A stretch of 32,000 bases of DNA from Candidatus Kuenenia stuttgartensis. Its GTDB lineage: Bacteria; Planctomycetota; Brocadiia; Brocadiales; Brocadiaceae. The position numbers were made by a program, and so were the translations under genes. This document shows positions 26,462 to 32,000 of the stretch, piece after piece (within the stretch, counting starts at the first letter, position 1; each line of letters starts with the position of its first letter). The notes beneath the pieces are model-generated. The model saw only the letters and a list, made by a program, of their open reading frames with translations. It was not told the DNA's origin and did not search any database. The stretch lies in contig NZ_LT934425.1 of assembly GCF_900232105.1 (NCBI RefSeq), positions 3,750,001 to 3,782,000 on the forward strand, in the 5' to 3' direction.

Positions 26462-26522
26462 AAATATTGCGAAAACGTGAGTAGAAAACACGAATAGGGT
26501 ATTTTAAAACGCGCATACTGAA

Positions 26523-27146
26523 ATGAAGGATCTAAAAAATGAAACAGGTAAAAGTTGTTCTACAGGTAGTACTTTAGTATTTTATATCTCTGAAACATTG
26601 CTGGCAGCAGACTATAGCGGTGAATACTATTCTTGGGATACTATAAAGAAAAATACGTGCCAGGAATATTATGGCGGGGAAGTTGTTTCCGGTGACACCA
26701 TCAATAAATTTGAACAATCAGGCAGTTCGATTACCCACTACATTGCGGATTGGTCGCAGTGGAAGAAGAATTGAAAGTCATTCGACGGCATCTATACTGT
26801 CATCTTGGAAGGTACCGTACAGGGTAACATTATAAAAACAAGCTACCGTATTAGTGGGGGTGGGTCTACTGTGAAACTAACGTGCAAATTTAAAATGAAC
26901 GGAACCTCCTCCGGAAGCGGCTCGGTTAAAATGAAAGTTAGTGGAAACTTAAGCTGTAAATTGCGGGCAAAAATGGAGCTTGAACCTGCGTCAAATAAAT
27001 ATTCCAAAAGCCGTTATGAACTTATTTCAATAGATAACGATTTTTCAAAAGATATTCTTCCAGATGGGTCTCTGCCCGATATCATACTGGAATTAGAAAC
27101 ACTCATGATGAATACCACAGAGGATTCGAATATTAATATGAGATGA
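26523..27146 (+). pseudogene. hypothetical protein interrupted by one in-frame TGA (26772-26774)
   Basis: ORFs 26523-26774 and 26805-27146 share a frame, with no other stop between them (...ADWSQWKKN*KSFDGIYTVILEGTVQGN...). No signal peptide. The N-terminus is possibly lost next to MITE A2. No family recognised. Confidence 0.4.
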
Positions 27147-27197
27147 TATACTGCAAAGACCCACAATAAATGAACCAGAGATTCTCAGCTTAAGTGA

Positions 27198-27392
27198 AAT
27201 TATTGGCGCCACACCTTTCGCCATTCATTCGCCATCCATCTTTTGGAATCAGGTTATGACATTAGTACTATTCAAGAATTGCTGGGACACAAGGATGTTA
27301 AAACTACTATGATTTACACGCATGTGCTGAATTACTGTTCAAAAGGAGTGCGAAGTCCAATTGATGAACCAAAAGCGGGGTCTTTATACTGA
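27198..27392 (+). pseudogene. tyrosine recombinase, integron-integrase (IntI)-like C-terminal fragment
   Basis: [53 protein letters not shown]: box II with the catalytic Tyr, and the IYTHVLN..G.GV.SP.D tail characteristic of IntI-type recombinases. Only about 60 codons remain. Confidence 0.6.
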
Positions 27393-27450
27393 TCAGTCTA
27401 ATTATTGTTGGGCGCCAGAAAATAAACAGCAGGAATAGTCCTGCCTCTAC

Positions 27451-27666
27451 GGGTGCATTCCCGATTTTTTGCAAAAAAACAATAAGTAGGGGTTAACAGT
27501 AACGTAGAGACAGGTTTCAAACCTGTCTTTTACCGCTTGAAAATGACAGAAACAACCCTGACAGGGTTCCAAACCCTGTCAGGGTTAATCAAGCAAGATG
27601 TTTGCGATACAATACCTGTTCGCCAACAGGTAGGTGCGAATATTTGCAAAAAATCAGGAATACACC
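27451..27666 (+). mobile_element. MITE family E, copy E1 (216 bp) with 9-bp TSD
   Basis: Termini GGGTGCATTCCCGATTTTTTGCAAA ... TTTGCAAAAAATCAGGAATACACC. Flanked by TGCCTCTAC (27442-27450) and TGCCTCCAC (27667-27675). Internal palindromes GACAGGTTTCAAACCTGTC and CCCTGACAGGG/CCCTGTCAGGG. Confidence 0.8.
27509..27534 (+). terminator. terminator-like hairpin inside MITE E1
   Basis: GACAGGTTT-C-AAACCTGTC followed by TTTTACC. The equivalent structure in E2 reads on the minus strand just downstream of the truncated NHL ORF. Confidence 0.3.
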
Positions 27667-27700
27667 TGCCTCCACTTATGAAAACGGGAAGGAGCACATT

Positions 27701-28645
27701 ATGAAAGCATATGTACTGAATGAAGCAGGGGCCGTTGAAAATCTGGTTCTGAGAGAAGTCGAGAAGCCTGAGATCAAGGCAGACGAAGTGTTGGTTGAAA
27801 CGAAAGCAATCAGCATTAACCCGGTAGATGTAAAAGTGAGACGGATGGATGAAACCATAACTACGATTATGGGTACGGAAGATCGTCCGGTCATCCTTGG
27901 CTGGGATATTGCCGGAATCGTTGTTGCGGTCGGCGAAGAGGTCAGCGGATTTGAGGTTGGCGACAAGGTGTTCGGCATGGTTAATTTTCCAGGCCAGGGC
28001 AAAGCCTATGCCGAGTACGTTGCATCACCGGCCTACCACATCGCTGTTATGCCGGAAAAGGTAACATTCGAAGAAGCTGCGGCAACCACACTGGCCGCAC
28101 TGACCGCACTGCAGGTGTTACGGCCTCGTGTCAAAAAGGGTGACCGCATTCTAATCCACGCCGGTTCTGGTGGTGTTGGACATTTCGCAATTCAGATGGC
28201 CAAGGGACTCGACGCATATGTGATTGCCACCTCCTCTGCCAGGAACCGCGATTTCATCATGTCACTCGGCGCAGATGAGCACATTGACTACCGTGAGCAG
28301 AAGTTCGAAGAGGTCCTGTCGAATATAGACTTCGTCCTTGACGGCATTGGTGGTGAGGTCCTTGAGAACTCTCTTAAAGTCGTCAAAGGCGGTGGCAAAA
28401 TCGTCTCCTTGCCCACCCATCAATTCCCGGAAGATATTCAGTTAGAGGCGGACCAACGCAAGATCAAACTGGAGTTCATCCTTGTCCAGTCGAGCGGTGA
28501 AGACATGAATACCCTGAAAGCTATGCTCGAAAACGACGAACTGAAACCTCACGTTTCAAAAATCTTCCCGTTTGAGAATATGGCGGATGCCCATGTACAA
28601 ATTGAATCCGGTCGAACTTTGGGCAAAGTGATTGTTAAGCTATAA
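27701..28645 (+). CDS. zinc-type alcohol dehydrogenase-like / NADPH:quinone oxidoreductase (MDR superfamily)
   Basis: MKAYVLNEAG...EVLVETKAISINPVDVKVR, cofactor motif IHAGSGGVGHFAIQ, C-terminal GKVIVKL. ATG at 27701 after GGAAGGAG. The tracked start 27602 lies inside MITE E1. Elevated G+C. Confidence 0.85.
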   Translation: MKAYVLNEAGAVENLVLREVEKPEIKADEVLVETKAISINPVDVKVRRMDETITTIMGTEDRPVILGWDIAGIVVAVGEEVSGFEVGDKVFGMVNFPGQGKAYAEYVASPAYHIAVMPEKVTFEEAAATTLAALTALQVLRPRVKKGDRILIHAGSGGVGHFAIQMAKGLDAYVIATSSARNRDFIMSLGADEHIDYREQKFEEVLSNIDFVLDGIGGEVLENSLKVVKGGGKIVSLPTHQFPEDIQLEADQRKIKLEFILVQSSGEDMNTLKAMLENDELKPHVSKIFPFENMADAHVQIESGRTLGKVIVKL

Positions 28646-28680
28646 GAAGACTTCGTACAATACCGCGCCGAACAATCTAT

Positions 28681-28706
28681 GTCCCCCGCTGGCGGGGGTG
28701 CAGGGG
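28681..28706 (+). repeat. hairpin repeat family F (related to D), copy F1, split by the IS4 insertion
   Basis: GTCCCCCGCTGGCGGGGGTGCAGGGG continues as GTGGA after the IS (30102-30106). An inverted copy lies at 30296-30336. Confidence 0.7.
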
Positions 28707-30090
28707 CATAAGCGCTAACTTGTTTTAGGTATGCTCGAAGTATTTTGATATCTGTGTTTTTCGGATTCTTGTATTTTCTGCTAAAGAACAAGCAATGTCA
28801 TTCCAGCACTTAAGAACTTCCTGTAATGATAACGCTGGTTCTATAGCCCGTTTTACTTGATTAAGCATAAAAGCAAATTCACGCCATTTGCTTTTAGTCT
28901 TCTTGCTTGACAATGAAGTATCCCCAGGGGGAAAAAGACGTAGCAAAATCTATTAGTTTTTCTGTCAAAAGAGCAACGAATAGTTTGCCATAAAGCCAAG
29001 CTTTTGAGCTATCATCATCGTATTTAGGTAAGTGTCCAAATTGTGCTATTTGTTTAAATCTTTTAAAGACCAGTTCAATTTGCCATCGAACTCGATACCA
29101 TTCTAAGATATCAAAAGCGGTAAATTGATTTTCAGGAAACGTTGTGAATACTATTACGTACTTGGCATAAATAAGGGTCTCCGGTTTTAGTTCAATGCCC
29201 TTTTTGCTTGCATGTCTTTTAAGTTTTTTATGAGCTATTTTAATGGCTTCTTCTGTTTTGCGTATTATACAAAGACGACCTTTGACATATTCAGTATTAT
29301 CAACGTTTGGAATAAAAACGTTCCATGATTTTATAGCAAGGGGTCTTTTTAAATATTGGATTTCTTTCAATAAAGGAAAGGGTTTCTTTTCTTCGCCGAA
29401 TATCCGTAGAGATTGCGAATTAACTCTAACGCTAAGATAAGCGCCTTTCCTTGTTGCATGATGAATTCCTTGGCCAGTACAGTAACCTCTGTCAGCTATA
29501 ATATAATCATCTTTTTTCATCGGAAACTGCCGAAAAGATTCTCCTGTGCCTTCTCCTTCAGTTCCCGTAAGTTTAAAGAAATCGCAAGATAATGAAGGAA
29601 CCTCAATACTATAATGAATGCGCCAAAGACTTCCTGTTTTCCCAGGTTCCTTTACTGTTGTTGCATCAAATAAGCGAAGATGAAAATTATTCCGTTTATT
29701 AATTTGGAGGCCACGCTCACGGAATAAAGATAAACATAATTTATATAGCCATTCTTTGCTCTTTTTTAATCGCTTTAATAAGGCAACATCGGATAAATCT
29801 GCTAAGTTAGCACGCTTGGCTAGAACTACTGTTTCACGCAATGAATAGCCACATCCTAAATGAATTAATAATGTTCGAAGAAGCTTTTCTTCAGATTTAT
29901 CCTTGCGCAAGCCTTTTAAAGCATTTGTATCAACGGCTAAACTTTTCCAATCGTTTGGGAAGAAAGTTCTTAGAAGATCCCAATCTTCTCTCATCATGGC
30001 TTTATCCTCCTATAGAGTGATTAGCGGGATAATTAACATAAAAATACCATGATGAATAAAATTTGTCAATAAAACAAGTTAGCGCTTGTG
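28707..30090 (-). mobile_element. IS4-family insertion sequence, intact (1384 bp)
   Basis: Terminal inverted repeats CATAAGCGCTAACTTGTTTT (28707-) and AAAACAAGTTAGCGCTTGTG (-30090), 19/20 match. Perfect 11-bp direct duplication GGGTGCAGGGG (28696-28706 and 30091-30101). Confidence 0.9.
28894..29997 (-). CDS. IS4-family DDE transposase
   Basis: 367 aa. LFDATTV, IADRGYCT and YRVRWQIELVFKRFK (Y..R...E...K) motifs. Confidence 0.85.
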   Translation of the reverse strand: MMREDWDLLRTFFPNDWKSLAVDTNALKGLRKDKSEEKLLRTLLIHLGCGYSLRETVVLAKRANLADLSDVALLKRLKKSKEWLYKLCLSLFRERGLQINKRNNFHLRLFDATTVKEPGKTGSLWRIHYSIEVPSLSCDFFKLTGTEGEGTGESFRQFPMKKDDYIIADRGYCTGQGIHHATRKGAYLSVRVNSQSLRIFGEEKKPFPLLKEIQYLKRPLAIKSWNVFIPNVDNTEYVKGRLCIIRKTEEAIKIAHKKLKRHASKKGIELKPETLIYAKYVIVFTTFPENQFTAFDILEWYRVRWQIELVFKRFKQIAQFGHLPKYDDDSSKAWLYGKLFVALLTEKLIDFATSFSPWGYFIVKQED

Positions 30091-30295
30091 GGGTGCAGGG
30101 GGTGGACTGGATTTCTCCATCGATTCAACTACCCCTTTATTATGAAAACAAATTTGACCCTCTTTCCCACGCTCCGCAGACTGGTCAAATGTACAATTTT
30201 ATCCTGTTTTGTAACATGCATTTCCACGCAGAGCGTAGGACTATGAAAAGAAAAACTTATGACTATTCATGTTATAAACCTCTCAGATTTCCTCC

Positions 30296-30336
30296 GCAGA
30301 CAATTCCACCCCCTTAATCCCCCGCCAGCGGGGGAC
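30296..30336 (-). repeat. hairpin repeat family F, copy F2
   Basis: The reverse complement reads GTCCCCCGCTGGCGGGGGATTAAGGGGGTGGAATTG. Its first 18 nt are identical to F1. Confidence 0.7.
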
Positions 30337-30393
30337 AGGCTTGCCACATCCCTTGCGGCTTTCATGCCCTTGTGGGGTCGATCCAGGCAAATG

Positions 30394-30510
30394 TGCATTC
30401 CAGGTTTTTTGTGACTTCTGCCATGTTTTAATGAAACGTACAGTAGTATTAACCCCTGGCAGCGTTGTTTTGCTCCAATCACACATACGGTCACAAAAAA
30501 TCGGGAATGC
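30394..30510 (-). mobile_element. MITE family E, short copy E3 (about 117 bp)
   Basis: Termini GTGCATTCCAGGTTTTTTGTGAC ... GTCACAAAAAATCGGGAATGC. Internal TTAACCCCT segment shared with E1/E2. Abuts E2. Confidence 0.6.
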
Positions 30511-30521
30511 GCCTTATTGCC

Positions 30522-30718
30522 GGGTGCATTCCTGATTTTTTGTAAATATTCGCACATGCCTGTTGGTTGACAGATATTGTATAGCAAACATCTTGTTTAA
30601 TTAACCCTGTCAGGGTTGTTTCTGTCATTTTCAAGCGGTAAAAGACAAGTTTGAAACCTGTCTCTACGTTACTGTTAACCCCTACTGATTGTTTTTTTGC
30701 AAAAAATCGGGAATGCTC
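30522..30718 (-). mobile_element. MITE family E, copy E2, inverted relative to E1
   Basis: GGGTGCATTCCTGATTTTTTGTAAATATTCGCAC ... TTTTTTTGCAAAAAATCGGGAATGCTCCC. Colinear with the reverse complement of E1 but lacks one CCCTGNCAGGG palindrome. No TSD recognisable. Confidence 0.75.
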
Positions 30719-31301
30719 CCCGCAGAAATACACCCGATGAATCAAATATCTGAATGCGATGATTGTCGGTATCGGCAACTATTATGTTGCCGGCGCTGTC
30801 CGTCGCAACACCACTAGGAAGTCTAAATTCTCCATCAACAAGGCTAAGGAAGCCGAATTTAAACAGAAACTGGTATTCCATATCCCCTCCGCCGTTACTG
30901 GATAGTAACTCATTGGTTTTTGTCTTTGCGGTTATGGAATCAGCCTCAGACGTGTTGCTTTTTCCATAAGGGGTTATTCCTCTACCGCGCCGGTAGTTTG
31001 CCGGTCTTTTCCCTTTGCCTTTTATGCCATTCCTCTCCAACACAGGGTGTTGCGAAGCTGCTTTCAATGCGGTGTGATCCCCTCTTCTTTTCTCCATCAA
31101 TTGATGAAACAATTCCACCATGGCCGGCGGCTCCTCCTGATTGCGGTTATATTCACTGTGATTTTCAGAAAGGCCGTCAGGGATAGCAGCCGATACATAT
31201 TTGCCTGACGTCTCATGCCCGTAGAAAAAACTATCAGATAAAAATACTATCACCAAAAGAACTAACATGGGTATTCCGATAAGCCGTTTGTTTTCCCTCA
31301 T
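30675..31301 (-). pseudogene. NHL-repeat protein, membrane-anchored N-terminus, 3'-truncated by MITE E2
   Basis: The N-terminal TM segment [14 protein letters not shown] and a linker precede the first NHL repeat [34 protein letters not shown]. The last 14 codons and the stop ([14 protein letters not shown]) are encoded by MITE E2. AAGGAGG RBS upstream. Confidence 0.7.
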
Positions 31302-31489
31302 TATTACAGCCTCCTTTTTATTAAATCAGCGTGCATCTTTCATTACGTTTTTATTAAAAAAACATTACATAAATCCTGCAAAACACGACAGAGCCGTGTT
31401 GTCTGGTTCAGGGATAACGTAACCAGCGTCAAATGCTTGCTGTTGACTATTACCGCGTGACAGGCAAGCACAGAATTTACTTTTTATAT

Positions 31490-31975
31490 TTACTGCTCAC
31501 CTTTAAAGCTTACGCTGCCATTTGTGTTGAGGGTTGTTTTTACCGGGTCTTTAATCTTTATGCGGAAATTTGTTTTAATATCTCCTTTTATAGTATTTCC
31601 GTTAGAAGTCCCTGTGATTGTCATTTTTTTGATGCTTATCGAGAAATCAGAGTCGTTTAGGCCTATTAAATAAAAATTTTTCATAATCCCATCTATAACT
31701 TCCTGCTTGTCTGTTTTGATTTTGAAAGTATTATTTCCCGTGTCTTCCCACTCACTCTTAATACCCAGGGCTTCTCCTGTAAATTCTCCGCTACGCGAAA
31801 GCGTCCATGTATCCTCTGCTATTTTAATCTTGTCCGCCTTAATGGTTACTTTGTAAACACCCGGCACAACTGCCCCAAATAAAGATGTTTGACACAGAGC
31901 CAAGCATAGTAACGGGATTAACGGTAAAACCCTAAAACAGCTTTTAAAACAACTCCCTCTCTTCTTTAACTTCAT
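31490..31975 (-). CDS. secreted/lipoprotein-like hypothetical protein
   Basis: AAGGAGAG RBS. Signal-like RVLPLIPLLCLALCQTSLFG. A beta-strand-rich, Lys/Thr-rich mature part. No family recognised. Confidence 0.55.
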   Translation of the reverse strand: MKLKKRGSCFKSCFRVLPLIPLLCLALCQTSLFGAVVPGVYKVTIKADKIKIAEDTWTLSRSGEFTGEALGIKSEWEDTGNNTFKIKTDKQEVIDGIMKNFYLIGLNDSDFSISIKKMTITGTSNGNTIKGDIKTNFRIKIKDPVKTTLNTNGSVSFKGEQ

Positions 31976-32000
31976 TCAACTCTCCTTATAAATAAAATAT

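Noticed and set aside
7345-26774. Genetic-code reassignment of TGA (code 4/25-like), suggested by three in-frame TGAs
   Set aside because: Several well-defined genes (wrbA, the WbsX-like gene, the IS1634 transposase, the intron ORF end) terminate at TGA at the expected C-termini. The affected genes are all mobile or accessory, and the nearby hydrogenase relic also has in-frame TAA codons. Nonsense decay is more parsimonious.
27451-30718. E1 and E2 as ends of a composite transposon carrying the oxidoreductase and IS4
   Set aside because: E1 has its own 9-bp TSD, so it inserted alone. No matching duplication exists at the outer flanks of E1-left and E2-right.

Overview
Bacterial chromosomal window of fairly low G+C (about 40% by eye, with visibly G+C-richer islands). 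Taxon cannot be assigned by eye; the gene content is compatible with an anammox-type Planctomycete but does not prove it. Short housekeeping or lipid-type operons alternate with an unusually heavy load of mobile and repetitive DNA. (1) 0.1-4.6 kb: a tight operon of a phytoene-desaturase-like flavoenzyme, a B12-binding radical SAM enzyme, an untracked 42-aa membrane peptide and dihydrolipoyl dehydrogenase. (2) 4.7-13.4 kb: an IS graveyard. A decayed [NiFe]-hydrogenase small-subunit gene is split by a Tn5-like IS. That IS's DUF4338-DDE transposase gene is itself split by a group II intron, whose RT-maturase carries an in-frame TGA. An intact IS1634-family element and an IS1182-like transposase pseudogene follow. 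(3) 13.7-23.2 kb: alpha/beta hydrolase, hemW-efp, a polyprenyl synthase / WbsX-like / radical SAM module, a macro-domain protein, a nitroreductase and a DUF4139 protein, punctuated by several families of dispersed repeats and MITEs. (4) 23.3-24.4 kb: a GIY-YIG nuclease remnant flanked by inverted arrays of a 22-25-bp repeat, nested inside 100-bp direct repeats. (5) 25-32 kb: two G+C-rich redox genes (wrbA and an MDR-type quinone oxidoreductase), each bracketed by MITE copies; an IntI-like recombinase fragment; an intact IS4-family element with an 11-bp TSD; a MITE-truncated NHL-repeat gene. No rRNA, complete tRNA or CRISPR array was seen. The most novel-looking signals are the MITE families sharing GTAACAC termini with 8-bp TSDs that bracket cargo genes, the GIY-YIG/tandem-repeat structure, and the desaturase/B12-rSAM pair. 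All homology calls rest on motifs recognised by eye, not on searches.
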